A stretch of 64,000 bases of DNA from the human T2T-CHM13v2.0 reference genome, Homo sapiens. Position 1 is the first letter of the stretch, and each line of letters starts with the position of its first letter. The stretch lies in NCBI RefSeq assembly GCF_009914755.1, contig NC_060927.1; one strand, given 5' to 3'. A program made the translations under genes and the position numbers. This document shows, in pieces, positions 35,671 to 49,800 of the stretch. A model generated the notes under the pieces. That model saw nothing but the letters and a program-made list of their open reading frames with translations, was not told the origin of the DNA and ran no database searches.

Positions 35671-37666
35671 TTTTTTAAATTATAAGGTCAAGATTCCCCC
35701 CATCCCACCAAAAAAGAGGGTTAGCAATGGAGAGAGCTCATGGAAGAAGATAATGGCAATAGCTAACTGAAGTCTGTTAACAGCCTGGAGAAATGTGAGA
35801 TTTTTTTTGTTAAGGAGGAAGCAGTGATGTGAAAGCCAAATATTTTAGTATTATATTGGGAAGGGATCTTAGAAATCACTTATGAGGTAGGAAAACTAAG
35901 AAGAGGGAAGGAACAAAACACTTCTCATGGTGATTTGCCCATTAATTTAATTTCACAATGGGAGTTCAATTCAAGTCCATTAACTTCTGAACCAGTTGGC
36001 TTTCTGGCATACCCTGTTATCTCCCACCTCCATTTTTTTCTTCCCCTTTATTGCATATTGATATTCTTTGTGTGGATCAAGTATACACTGAATGGGAGAA
36101 TAGTTCTGATTTTTCTTGTGAGAGATTTTTTTCCTATTTAGAATACAAAATGCTTTGTTCATGTCATGCAAAATGAACAAAATCCTTTGTTCATGTAATG
36201 CAAGATGTCCAACCTTTTATAAAGTAATTCTCAATGATCAAAATTTTGACAAATCACCAAAAAAAAATCCATAGGAACAGTAATTTAAAAGTCTAAAACA
36301 TTGCCTTTCATCCAGTGTTTCTGGAATACATCTGTCTCTCTTCAAACGTCTTCCTGGCTATAGGTCTCTACCACGGTACTCACACTATTCAGAGTGAATA
36401 ATCATGCTATGTTGTGATAAGGGACAGTTGAATAGGGGTGGGAATTATTTGGAGCATTGATTTCAGAAGTCAGAACCCAAAGTATAGCAGACTACATGAT
36501 TTGTTTAATTATTTCCCTGGTATATTAATTCAAAGCTACAAGATATATTATTCAGAAAGCTTAGATAGAGTCAAAGTAGGAAGGCATGAATTCAGCTTTT
36601 ATTTCAGTCAGCAAAAATGTATCAAGCTCCAATTGTAGATCAGGCAGTGATACAGCTGATGTTATAGAGAGATTCAGAGAGGATTCCTTCTGGGGAGAAC
36701 CCACCCCAAGGATATACGGTAAAAATGAGTACATAGAAGAGGACAGCAAGGCCACTAAGGAGGGATTTCATTGTTCTTTCAATTAATGATCCTGGAAAAG
36801 TTTCACTCCGGTTTTAGTTTCTCTGGTGGTCAGCAACTGAGACTATAGAGTAAAATACTGATCACTGAGATTTAGTTTTAAAAATACATATATATATATG
36901 TTTTTTTTAAATAGAAAGTTATTATTCCATGGTTCTTGGTGCTTATTAAAATGTGATTCCTATTCATTGCAGAAAATTGAAAAATAGAGAATTGTGTAAA
37001 AAATAAAACAAAAATCACATGCCAGCTCATTACTCAGAACTAAGAGGCAGAAACGTTACATGCTCAGGCTCTGAGGCCAAATGGCCTGGGTTTGAATCCC
37101 AGGTTCACATCTTATTAGCTCTGTGACTTTGAGCCATTGCCTCATCTGTAAAATCAGGATAAGTAGAAGGATTTAAACGGTGTGATACTTCCCCTCCCCG
37201 CCGCCGCTCTTTTTTTCTATGCAAAACTGGCTTCATATTTAGCTCAATTGTTTTCTTACCATTAACATGGTACACTTAACAAAAATATTTTGTTCATGTA
37301 ATGCAAGATGTCCAACCTTTTATAAAGTACTTCTCAATGATCACACTTTGACTTTGCCAGATCACATAAAGGGAGATGTTTAACTTCCCAGTGAATTCTT
37401 TATACTTTTAAAGTGTACACTTTTATTCAGGCTTCCTGATGATTCATTCTGAGGCTATTCTATTTTGCTAAATGAACCCAACAATTCACATGGAAATTGT
37501 GAAAGACAGTATAAAAGATGATAGAAAATAGAAGATTAGAACTGTGAGTTCTAGGTAATGTTAAATTCTCCCTTCGATGTAGGGACAGATTCTCTTTTCT
37601 CTGTTTACCAGAGAATCATTACATTACTATTGCCCAAACACATTTCCACATGAGATGTTGTTGTAT

Positions 37667-38414
37667 TGAAACAGGAGAGTTATCTGACCCCCCTCGCAGG
37701 AAGTGCAACAGGGGTGTGGCTTGTCTGTTCTGGCTGTGGCTGCTGCTCAAACCCCTTATGGGATGGGGAACATGCAGACGGGCAGGTGCAGGAGCCGGGG
37801 TGGACACTTTTGGGCTCCAGCCCCACGGTGGCAACTAAGGTTGTGTGGCTGAAACTGGAAGCCCCAGTGGGCATGCTACAGTGCTCTTTTAGCTCTGCTG
37901 TCCATAGACAGCTTAAGTATTAACCAGCTTAGTGCCCTCTTGGTACCCGGGTTCTTGTCCAGCATCCGAGAAGAATCAGGTCACATATGGACTTGAAGGA
38001 TGGTGGATACGGGGATTTTATTGGGTGATAGAGGTGGCACTCAGTGGGATGGATTGGGGGGTGGAAAGGGATGGAATGGGAAGATGATCTTCCCCTGGAG
38101 TTCAGCTATCCCACACCCGTTCTCCTCTCCAACCGTCCCCAGCCAAACTCCTTTCAACATTCAGATGCTCCTTTTCTTCTCTCCTCTGCCAGGCTGCTCT
38201 TCTGTTTATCTGCTCGTCTGCTTGTAGAGCCTGAGGTTTGGGGTTTATATGGGTACAGGATAGGGAGCATGGTGGATCAAGAGGCAATATTTGGGTGCAA
38301 AAACAGGAATAACTGTTCCCATTTAGAGCCACCAGTTTCCAGGCTTGAAGGTGGGGCCTTTGTCAGGGACCTGCTGTCTCCTACGCAGTATTTACTTGCC
38401 TCCTGTCCATATCA
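37667..38414 (-). mobile_element. ERV1 solo LTR (LTR1/LTR27/LTR28-like), 748 bp
   Basis: TG...CA termini, 4-bp TSD GTAT (37663-37666, 38415-38418); minus strand begins TGATATGGACAGGAGGCAAGTAAATACTG. Confidence 0.85.
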
Positions 38415-38699
38415 GTATGATGGGTGAGATGGCAGGCTCTATTGCCTGAGAGCTGGAATCCAGATCATACCTATTAAACCTGTGCTATCTTAAAGCAAAA
38501 TCAGGTCTAATTATTGAAGTTCCTCACAGAGTTGGGAAATGAGTCCATTTTAGGTAAAGACTATCATACAATGCCTGTATAGGGTAAGTGCTCAGTAAGT
38601 GGTAGACGATGTTGGTGGTGATGGTGATGGTGATGATAGTCACGATGATGGTGGTGATTAGTTATATAGAGTGTAAAGGATGAAACAAAGGTTAGCATC

Positions 38700-38910
38700 A
38701 AGCAGGTCTAGCTCTGTAGAGTTTTGATACTTTGAGATTTGATGTCTTTTTAGGATTTGGGAAAGTTGTTTAACTTAATGCTTGAGTGTCTTCATCCATA
38801 AAATGGAGAAAATGATATTTCTTTGAGTTGGTGTGAAGATTAAAGGGGAACTGCTTAGAAAAGGGTTTGGCATTAAGTAAACACTCCGTAAATGTTAGCT
38901 ATTATTGTCA
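38700..38910 (+). mobile_element. MIR SINE
   Basis: ttcatccataaaatggaga...gaagattaaa...ctccgtaaatgttagctatta. Confidence 0.65.
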
Positions 38911-39739
38911 TTATTTATAAGAAAAGACATTAATAGTTTCAGTGAAAATAGTTAACAAACTCCTTACTCTTCTTAAGGGGATTAGAAGAAAAATGGTTCA
39001 TGTCATAATTAAGAAGATTTACTGAAGACCCTAGTACAAAGAAAAAAAAAACTTTGAAAAACTAAAATGATAGCCAAGTTTTAAAAATATCCTTTGTTGT
39101 GAGCTCTTTTGAGATTCCCTTCCTCTGGGATAAGAAAAGAAAACTGGGCCCCTCTTCCTTTTCATTCCATGGGGGTTTCTCTCCCATATTTCAAACACAA
39201 AATACCATTCCTTGCCATCTGCCTTGGGCTGACAATGCCAAAGAACCTCCTGTCCAGGTTGTTTTCAAGCTGTAGGTCGGCACCATAAATCTCAATAAAT
39301 CCTTGTGGGCTGAGGATGAGTGGAAGTCATTATCATGGCTCTTACTGATGCATTCTGTCTACAACAGAATAAATACCACCATGGGACACTGCCCTGCAGG
39401 CAAAGCATCCTTCTGGCTTTTTGTGTGCTTTCTCCATCAGCAAGTCACAAATGGAATGCCTTAATGTGTCTATTGTATACATTTTTGAATAAATAAGTAT
39501 AACAAAGAGAATATGCTGGTCCGATTTAATCTTAGCACTTAACTATGAAAACACAGCACATTTCCCACACTGGTGAAACGGAGCAGAAGAGGCCTATACC
39601 AGCTTGGTTCTTGGCAGGCCATCCAGGGTAAACCGGGTGTGAGCCATGCTTATGGCTTCTAGGGCTCAGCTCCCTAAAGCCTAGATTTTCCAACTGCAGG
39701 GTGATCAGGCAATGTAGTGGTGATGATACGGAATTTAAG

Positions 39740-40200
39740 AGCTTATCACTTGATATCCTTTTGTTTACAAATGACAGAGGCTCAACTCAAGCAAGCTTAA
39801 ACAATACAGGGAAAAGTTGAGATGTAAGCTTCAGATAGGGCTTACTCAAGTTTCCCAAAGGTTAAGACCAAGATCCAGGTTTTCTCTATGCATTTCCCAG
39901 CAGGCATTTCCTTTCATGAGCACAGGAAAGCTGCCAGTGGCTCCTGAGGCTGAAAATGTGTTTGTTTTCATATGTTTGGAGTAGAGATAAGAATTCTGCG
40001 TTTCAGACTGATTGAAATAACTTAGGTTCAGTACCCATCTCTGAACCCATTGCTTTCTCCAGGGGAAGGAATTGTACCAATCCGCTTAGGTCTAGACAGC
40101 ATGCCTGGACAGGACTAGCTCCTCAGAAGCACCTGGGCTGCCTGAGGGAAGGGTGCAGTCCTTCCCAGAAGGAAGATATTTGTACCAAAAGAAGGGAGAT
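39740..40200 (-). mobile_element. Old MLT1 (J/K-like) LTR
   Basis: gtttacaaatgacagaggctcaactcaagcaagcttaaac terminal motif. Confidence 0.5.
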
Positions 40201-40290
40201 TGGATATCAAAGAGAAACTTCTATAGAAGGTCAGACAGGGCTCTTTGTTTTCTGAAAGTGGTTGTGAACCTTGAAGAATGGTGAGAATAA

Positions 40291-40719
<429 letters not shown>

Positions 40720-41424
40720 TAGAAAACAAAAAAAAGGAGGTCTCTGCCTTGCTCTCAGAAGTCTAGTAGGAAACAAAATTACCCAAATTACAAAACAAAA
40801 TATTAATAGCTGTCTGTCTGCCTGGTTACCTAGAGAAAGATGGAGGAAAGGAAGACAGTAGCTGGCCTACTCACTATACTGTATTGATGATTAAATCAAT
40901 TCCTACTGCCACCAACCTGTAGAATTGGAGGCGTCTGTCCTTACGGCTTTTGATTTGAGCTCCTACTGGGAAACCATTTGTTTTCTTATTTGTTTTGTTT
41001 ATGGCTTCTTAATGTGTTTGACCTCTGCCTCCCATCTGACATTTACGGAAGTCTCTTATTGGATCTCACTTTTAGCTGCCCTAGAAGGTAACTCTTCCAT
41101 TTGTTTTCCTGGGTTACAAAAAGAGAATTTTCTACACACTCCAAAGCTTACAGTTTTCAGACTATCCTTTGTGTAGCCTAGAGTGCTGATGTCTGTCCTA
41201 GTCATTTCCAGTGTAGCAGTACAAGGATGGCAAAGTCGCTGTGAGCATTTAATTCCACACACAAATAGAAAGCTGTGGATTTTATATGGGTGATACAGGT
41301 ACCTACAACATGTCATGGGAGAATGGAGGAAGACATACTTCCCTTTGAGAAGGACGGCTTAATGGAGAAAGTGACATTTAATAAGTCTTTTATAACTGAA
41401 TTGGGGTTCTCCAAAGGTATGGGA

Positions 41425-41815
41425 GGAGGTGGCTTCAACACTCAGAGGCTTGCTGGTCCCCGAACCAGCAGCATCAGTATTGCCTGGTAGAAGGTGAGAA
41501 AGGCAGAATCATAGGCCCTACCCTAGACCCACTGAACAGAAACTGGCATTTCAGCAAGATCCTCAGGTCATCCGTAAGCATACTCAGCTTAAGAAGCACA
41601 ATTCTAGACCAGACAGTCTCAGCCTTGAAGGATGTTGGAATCACTCCAGAAGCTTAAAAGAAAAAAAAAAAAAGATGCCTTGGTCCTTCTTGCAAGGATT
41701 CCAATATAATTTATGTTAGGCATGGCCATCAGTAGAAAAAAAAATGCAAAATGAAACAAAACAAAATGCTCTTCAGGTGATTCCAGTGAGCAACCAAGGT
41801 AAGAATTAGAGCTCC
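41425..41815. mobile_element. Two adjacent MER5-type MITEs
   Basis: accagcagcatcagtatt...gcagaatc...; ttggaatcac...caggtgattc. Confidence 0.6.
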
Positions 41816-42132
41816 ATCTGGGTCTCAGCACTATGAGAGAAGCAGCATGGTGCACTCAGGGGCTCGTGGGTAGGTCAGCAGCCTGGATGTTGGACAGGAA
41901 GGTGGCTTTGGGGCTGGGATGGTTGAACACGTCAGGCTGGAGAGAGAGCCAGGTAGAACATAAAGGCCCTGTTTGCTTCACTCAATGCAGACCATCGGGT
42001 AGATGACAGGGGCTGTGGAAAGGTGTAAAAAGAGGGATGGGGTGTCAGCCTTGCACTTGGGAAGGACCACCTCAAGAATGGGCCGTGGCAGGGAGACCAG
42101 TTGGAAGATAAGCCTAACATTTTGCAGATTAG

Positions 42133-42992
42133 CAGGGTTGGCTTCATAATTGGCCAGGCCCAGTGCAAAATAAAATTGTGGGCTGCTTGTTTAAAAAGCA
42201 AGAAAAATGTATTCTTAAAGGTACTAAAAGGTAAAACTTTTTCCTTCTTTCTGTGGTCTCTCTTGACTGTTCATGATTTTTTTATTTGCCATTTTAATAT
42301 TGTGCTCCTTCAGACACAGGGCTGCACATTGGCCCAGTGCTTAAGGAGCCCTGCCCAGTTACCTGGTGGGGTGCGCAGCTCAGCAGCCGCAGGGCTTCTC
42401 CCTCCCACTAGCCACAGGACCGAGGTGCTGTGTCCTGGCTGGAGGAGGGGACTGAATCTCCCCTTGCCAGGGGCTTGCTGTCCCTACTCATGGGGCACAG
42501 CCAGTCTACAAGGGATTTCAATCTTTGCATCAAATACCAAATACTTAGTACCTGGATCAGGGTGGGCGGGAGGTTTGCCCCTGCTAAGTCACCCACTGAA
42601 CATGCTGTGGCACTGCCAGTCACTCCCAAGCCTTGACCCTCTGCTTGCCTGGCCCAGGCCCAGCCAGGTGCCGGTGAGGTGGGGGGCAGGGCTCTAGTTG
42701 CTGGGCTGAGTGCAGGAGGGGAATAGGTAGCTGGGAACACCCTGGGGAGATGGAGGAGAGTGCAACTGTACATGAGGCAAGCCTCAACCACCCCCTCCTC
42801 ACAGCCCTCCTCTCTCCACTCCTGTGCATGCCCCATTGGCCTCTGGACTTCACTTATAAAACACAAATTCAAAGACACAGTTAAGAATTTTAAGACAGCC
42901 ATGCCTGCAGAACACTGAACTCCAAGTGACCAGCCCTTCTGAGAGTAGGCCCCTCTGCAACTACACTGGTCACACCCATAAAGCTGGCCCTG
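42133..42992 (+). mobile_element. MER45B/C-like hAT-Tip100 DNA transposon
   Basis: Terminal inverted repeats CAGGGTTGGCTT / AAGCTGGCCCTG and internal ggcccagtgcaaaataaaa motif; decayed 8-bp TSD (cagattag/caggatgg). Confidence 0.75.
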
Positions 42993-43794
42993 CAGGATGG
43001 AGATGGGAGGATGGATTTGAGAGGCATTAAGGACATAGTCAAACCAGAGCATGGCAATGTTCAGGGAGGAAGATGTTCAGAGTTCATTGGAGATCTCTGG
43101 CTGTGTGACTGCATAGAGGGTAACACCATTAAGATATATAGGGAAACGGAGGAAATTATTATGGGGATGGGGGCAGGGGCAAGCTTTAGGGACCTGAGAA
43201 CACTTCCTTCGTTCCAACAGAGAATCATCTGTCTTTTCTCTGATTTAATTGCATAGGCTGGTACTTTTAGAACAAGGTTAAATAACAGAGGAGAGTGAGC
43301 CTCCTTGCCTTCTTCTGACTCTAATTAGCCTGCTCTGAGTGTTTTATCCTAAGCATGATGCTAAATTTGATTCACAAAGGGGTGCCTACTTCTGTTCTTT
43401 TAAGGATTGTTTTCAGGGATGGGATTTCTGTCCAGTGTCTTTTAGGCACCTACTGAACAGATCCCACAGCACTGACTGTTTTCCCATGCTGTATAGGGTG
43501 TCTTACATGAACAGATTTTCTGGGATGTGAACTGGATGTCAAGTGGGGATTTTTTGTAGTCCCAGATTTAGGGGAGGACAAAGTGACACCATGCACCACA
43601 AGTTCTAGAGTTGGCTGGCACTAATTTAAAGTTGGAAATCCTACCCCAACCCCCTACTCCCACTCCAAGCTTATTTGGCTTAGAAAACGGGCCTGCCTTT
43701 TGTCTGCCATGTGAACACTGGTCAGGGCCTACCCAACAAGAATGTCAGTATTCATGCAAAGAGGTATTTCCTTCCAACAGACACTTTTACCCTT

Positions 43795-44043
43795 AGGCAT
43801 GGGTCATGCTCCTGTGGTCCCAGCTCCTTGGGAGACTGAGTGGGAAGGATTGCTTGAGCCCAGGAATTCAAGGCTGCAGTGAGCTACGATTGCACCACTG
43901 CACTCCAGCCTGGACGACAGAGCAAGACCATGTCGAAAGAAAGAAGAGAGAGGAGGGAGAGGGAAGGAGAGGAGAGGAGAGGTGGGGGGAAGGGAAGGAA
44001 AGGAAGGAAAGGGAAGGAAAGGAAGGAAACGAAAGAAAAAAAA
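43795..44043 (+). mobile_element. FRAM/AluJ monomer with tail expanded into a GA-rich (GGAAA/GGAGA) repeat
   Basis: Alu right-arm sequence to ~43935, then a polypurine tract. Confidence 0.85.
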
Positions 44044-45986
44044 ATTGTTTCATGTTTCTATTTTCATTAAGCTGGGACCACTCAATAATCTTGTTCACTT
44101 GCATTTCTAGGCCAATCCTCACTGTGGCATGCTATGTTGCTTTTTCAATGTCCTGCTGAAGTTTAGTTACTACATTTCATTTGAGATCATTGCATCAATA
44201 ATCATAAGGAGAAAATATTTGTGTATTTCTCTTCCTGTCCACCTCCCTCCTACTGTCTCATAAGATGGCTATCCAGTTATGTTAGAACACATACAAAATA
44301 ATTAAGCTTTCCTTTTAATTTAAACAGTCACCAAATGTTTGCTCTCAACTTATGGGCCCAGGTCCATGTAGGGAAACCTGGTGCTTGCTGGGGCAGGGCA
44401 GGTGGGGGATAGGGCCACTTTCCACCTCCAAGGAGAACAGGATCCTGGTGGAGAGCCACAGTCACGTGCCCCATCCAGCCGGGGAACAGGACACTGTGAA
44501 CAGGGCCAGTGCCAAATTCAGTAGCTCCCTGGGACCGACTCATTGGCTTTCATTTTATCTTTGGATAAAATCTGGAGAATCTATATAAAGGGTAAAAATC
44601 TATAAAGGGTGAAATACCTCAGTCTAGGGTCAAAACGTTTTAAGATTCTATCCTGACCAAATATTTTTCAAGCTACAGTTTTGTACCCATTTAATGAAAG
44701 GCAAGCCAAACAAGCTCTCCACATGTGCAATCCTATGGTCCTCGGGGGATCTTATCCCTGCGTTCCTCCCCATCCCGCGTGCTTGTTTGGAGGGAGTATG
44801 AGGGAGGCATGGTGATCGCTTTCATCATTTGCTCAGGAAAGCCCCTCTCGGAAGATAGTGTGCGGCAAATACTCTGTCTTGTCACGGGAGGCTGTCTTGA
44901 AATCGCATCATCTTTTTCCCTCCAGTTCTTCCTCTGTCTGTAGTGAGTGGGAAAGGGAGGACTGGATTATTTCAGTTCTGGCAATGGACACATCAAAATT
45001 GCTTCCCTCTCCCAACTCCCTTTCCCTCGAGGACCTAATTTATTTCACGCATTTTGACCTATCCCTGCTTAGAAACAACCGCTGTGATTCTCTGCTGAGG
45101 CATTTCCCTCCTCGCCTTTTTTGGCCCCCAGGCAAACCCACCAGGCCACAGCCCCTCTGACTATGATGTCAGCCTGGCTGCTGGGCCCAGCTGGATGGAG
45201 GTGTGTTTTATGAAGTTCAACCCTGCACCCTGGGCCATAAATACACATTGTACACATAAATGTACAGCTAACATTGCCCAGGCCCCTCCGAAGCACCATG
45301 TTAATAAGCAGACAGTAAGTCTTTAAAATATGGAAAAGTAGTTAATCTTTCCGCTGGCAATCTTTTGTAGCGGGGGGGGCTTTTCTCCTCTCAGTGTAGC
45401 TGCTTTCAGGGCTTTTCAACTCCTAGGATTTGGGAAAGAAAGAAGGAAAGTTGGCTGTGGGACTTTGAAAACAATGCTATCTTGCATTTGCTGTCATTAA
45501 GCATCTGCACTGAGTGATCACTCTGGGTCTGTCCTCAAGGAGTTTGAGCTCTAATCGTTCCAGCACGAGACAGACAGTCTGCTGCCTGTGGCAAAAGAAC
45601 CACACTAGCCTGGGCTCCGGAGGGCTGCAACTTTGGGTTTGAACCTCTGCTCTGCCCCGGTTACTCTAGGTACTTAGTTTTTTGTTTCCCTATCTGTAAA
45701 ATGGGCATAATTTTATCTTATTCATATAGCTGTGGTAAGAGTTTACTTATCCTCGTTGAGTTTCAGTTTTCTCTTTTGTAAAATGGGCTTGACCCTCACA
45801 GTTCACTTTATACTTGTTTTAAGAAGACATTAATACATTCTCCTTGTAGAGAACTTCAGGGTTACAGATGGAGTTCAAGTGTCCCTTGACAGTTACTCCC
45901 TGTCACAGTCCTTTCTTCAGAGGTAACCACTGTTGCTGGTGTGGTGTGTAACCTTCCTGACCTTTATTTATACATCCATGCATTAG

Positions 45987-46017
45987 ATACATACATACAT
46001 ACATACATACATACATA
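45987..46017 (+). repeat. (ATAC)n microsatellite
   Basis: Direct reading. Confidence 0.95.
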
Positions 46018-46879
46018 AAGACAGAGCGATAGATATATAAAGAATTTATAGAAATGTGTCTTTTTTTTGTACTCACTTTATGTATAAATGCCAACTACTT
46101 ACCAGGCAAGTAATCCTAGAGGTTACAAAACAAAAAGCCTTACCAAGAAATTAAGATGCTCAAATCACTTGGCTGATTGAATTCATTTAAAGCATATGGC
46201 TAGAAGCAAGGGGAAAGAGGACGGAGGATCTCCCTCCCTGTAACCTGTGTTATGCACTGTTCCTCTATTCTCCTCTTCTCTCTCCCATCTTCTCTTCCTT
46301 TCCCTTCCCTTGTCTCCACCCTCTCCTGCTCTGTCTCCCACTGATGGTGTAGCGAGGAGGACCACACTTGAGGGTCCTCAGTCTGGAACAGGGCCTAAGC
46401 AGGCAGAAGGTGCCTGCAGCCAGCACACACTTGCCTTATTGGAGAGGTGCAAGGGCAAGTGTGTAGCTTGCCTGTAACCTCCTGAGCAGCCACACATTTA
46501 TCTGTGTGTCTCAGGCAGAGAATGGATGTTGCCAGTGAGTTAATTTAAGGATGAGCCAGGAGAGAGCTATCATCAACCTAGAGACAACAAGGTCTGTGCC
46601 TTAAGAATTGAGCGCATTTAATTTTACGTGGTCCTTCCCTTCCTTCTTCTCTATAGGAAGACACTTCATATGTTCTTCCTTTACTATTTCTGTTCAACTT
46701 GCATACGCTCTACTTATTGAGTCCATTTACTCTAGTCTAACATGAGTCATGGGTCACTTAAGTGCTATCTATACCTAATACATCTTATAAGTTTTATCCA
46801 TCTCATTTATTTTTCTTGTTTCTCTGTAGCAGAATTAAATATTCTTAAATAGTCCTAAATATTCTTAAATACTGGTACT

Positions 46880-49800
46880 TTACGTATAGTTTTACAACAT
46901 TATTTTCCCACTCAACGTCTTGGGTCTCCTTTCATGACAGTAAATAGAGATCCTCTTCACCCTGTCACCTGGTGCCAAGAAGACCACCGAGTGGACATAT
47001 TCTTGCTTATTCAATCATTGCCCCATTGTTGGACATTTAGGTGGGGTTTTTGCTTTTTCTTTCTTACAGTGAACGTTGCTACCAAGAGCATCTTTGTACA
47101 TGACTTCTTGGGTTCTGAACATGAGTTTACTTTACTGAGAAGTAAAACTACAGAGAAATAGGGTGTAAAAGATTTCCACTATAATAATAACAAATTGTCC
47201 TCATAGTAGCTATAAGTTTCACTTTCCCACCTGTGGTATAGAAGAGTATTCATTTCTTCAGACTTTCTCCATTATTTGATATTATCATAGACTTAAATTT
47301 TTACCCATGTCCTAGTCAAATCATTATTTTCACTTATACTTCTCTAATTTTTAGTGAGATTGAACCCGCTTTTACCTATTTGTTACTCATCTGTGTTTCC
47401 TCTTCTATGAATTGTCTCACGAGTTTCGATGCTGGATATGGCAAGCAACTGCCCTTCCCTTTTTTATAAAACCCAATCTTTTATGATTGTCCAGACTATT
47501 CTCTATATTTACTCTTCTGAAAGAATCCTAGAATCATGTTCTCAAATTCCATAAAATATCCTATTTTTATTGAAATTGCTTTGAATTAAAAAGTTAATTA
47601 AGAGAGAAATGACATATTTAAAATATGAGTGTTCCTTTCCACCACCATTGTACTTCCCTCCAATTTTTAGCTAGTATTTTTATGTTCCTCAGTAAATTTG
47701 CATCATTTTCTTCATTAAGGCATATGTTTTACTAGATTTATTCTTGGGCCTTTTATACTGATTATTGATACTATCAATGGTTCTTTATTTCACAAATATT
47801 TTTCGTTGGTTATTGCCAGTGTCAGGCTGTGGTTTTATATGCTGATTATGTAACTAGCCAGCTTGCTGAGTTCTTTTATTAGTTCTAGTAGTTGGTCAGT
47901 GGGTTCATGTGGGTTTTCTATGAACACAGCAATATCTGTTCTCTGGGTGATTGATTGGGTAGAATTCACCTGGGGGTAGATTCTCAATGAGCATTTCAGT
48001 TTTGTTCATGGCAATTGGTCTGCTCATGATTTTTATAGCTTGGCCAAATGTAGATAATTTATGCTTTATCCCCAAAGGCGTGTTTTCTCTTAAGTTCTCA
48101 GATTGTTTACAATGCTATACATAATGGTCACCAAAAAATGTTGAAAATGCTCCCGTATCTTACAGGTTATAATGATACTTTGTGACTTAATTTCTTGATC
48201 ATGAGTGCCAAAGTTAATTTATGTCAGTAAGCTTTTAAACCAGAGTTTGATTCTGTTGGTTATCTTCACAGTTTAATTTTTATTTTATTCTTCTGCCTTT
48301 ATCATTTCAAGTTCTGTCACTGACTCAACAAATACTTACTGAGAAGTTGCTCTATCCCAGGCACAACCCTAGGTGCTAGAGATAACTCACAACCTCAGGC
48401 AGTCAGGTGCAACCCTGTTGCCTTGGAAACTACAGTCTTTTATGAGGGGCAGACAGTAAACAAGCAAGGAAGAAGAGGCAGAAGGAAAGTGGTGAAGTCA
48501 TTGGTGTCCTTGGCAATAACTGATTCAGTTGGAGTGATGAGGACTACAGCCTTGTTGGAATACAATTTCTGAAGGAGGGAGATGTGTGAAGAGAGAGAGT
48601 TGGAGGGAGAGAGAGAAGGATTATAGATAATTATTTTTAGGAGTTGTGCTATAAGGAAAAACAGAGAAATGGGGTGGTTGCAGGAGGGAGGGTTAAGAGA
48701 CAGTTTTGTTTTTCCTGAGCTGGGAGATGTGACAGCATGTTTGCCAACCTCCAGGAAGGGCTAGTAGATGAGGGGAACCATTTGTGCAGCGGTCACCTAT
48801 CTCTTCTTTTCCACCAGTCACATCCTTGAAGAAGCCTGAAAGATAGGCTTTGCAGAGGGACGTTAATACTCAATCCAGTGGACAAGGGGGAAGACAATGT
48901 ATAGGGCACAGGTGCAGGTTTATCTTCTTATTTTTCCAGCTTCTTGATTTGAAAACTGAGTCAAATATTTGCGACCTTTATTTATTTTTTCTGATGAAAA
49001 TGTCTAAGGTTCTACCGCACAAATGTGAATCTGGGCTATTATCAAATCTCAAGGATTGATGAAAGGTGTTTTTTAACTTTTAATTTTCACTGTTTATATC
49101 TTTTTGGTATTCATTTCTAATTGGACTCTACCATAAAAGAAGAATGTGTAATCAGTACTATAGGTTCTTTGGAATGTGTTGCAGTTCCCTGTGTTTGAAA
49201 ATAATTTATATTCTGTGCTGTTTATATCTGAAGAGTTTTGGGTCCATATTTTTAACAGATCATGCTTTCAGAAATCCCTTTTGTTATTTCTTTCAGTTAG
49301 TATACTGTGATCATTATGTGACTAAAGAATCATATTTTATCTTGTTAGTGGATTATAATACTTTTTGGTATGAACTCTTATTTACTATATTTTAATGATA
49401 TTTATTTTACTCTGAATATCTGTATATTACTGCTAAACCTGAACCTATTTCTTTTTTTGTTAGCATATTTTTGATATATTTTCCCCTTCTCCTGTGTCAT
49501 TCTGTTTTAGGAGTGTTTGTGGCAAACAAACATCATAATGTTTATAAACCCAATTTAAGAGTCTTTGCCCTTTTAATATGTGAATCTAACAACCTCACAG
49601 TTATTGTGATTGGTAATAATTTTAGGCTTATACTGGAAGTCATGTGTCTGTAGGGGGTGTTTAATTTCTCATGCTATCCATATTGATCAGGTTTTAAATA
49701 CTTTTAAATATTTTTCAATGATTATTCCTAATTTGAAAATATAATTTTCTATAAATATCTACAGAGATTTAGAATATAGACACTGGCATACCTTTGACTG

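Noticed and set aside
37619-38427. Cluster of short ORFs on both strands
   Set aside because: All within a solo LTR; no gag/pol/env similarity seen.
42101-43052. 198-aa (+) and 214-aa (-) ORFs
   Set aside because: Lie in the GC-rich interior of a MER45-like non-autonomous element; no recognisable transposase or other domain.
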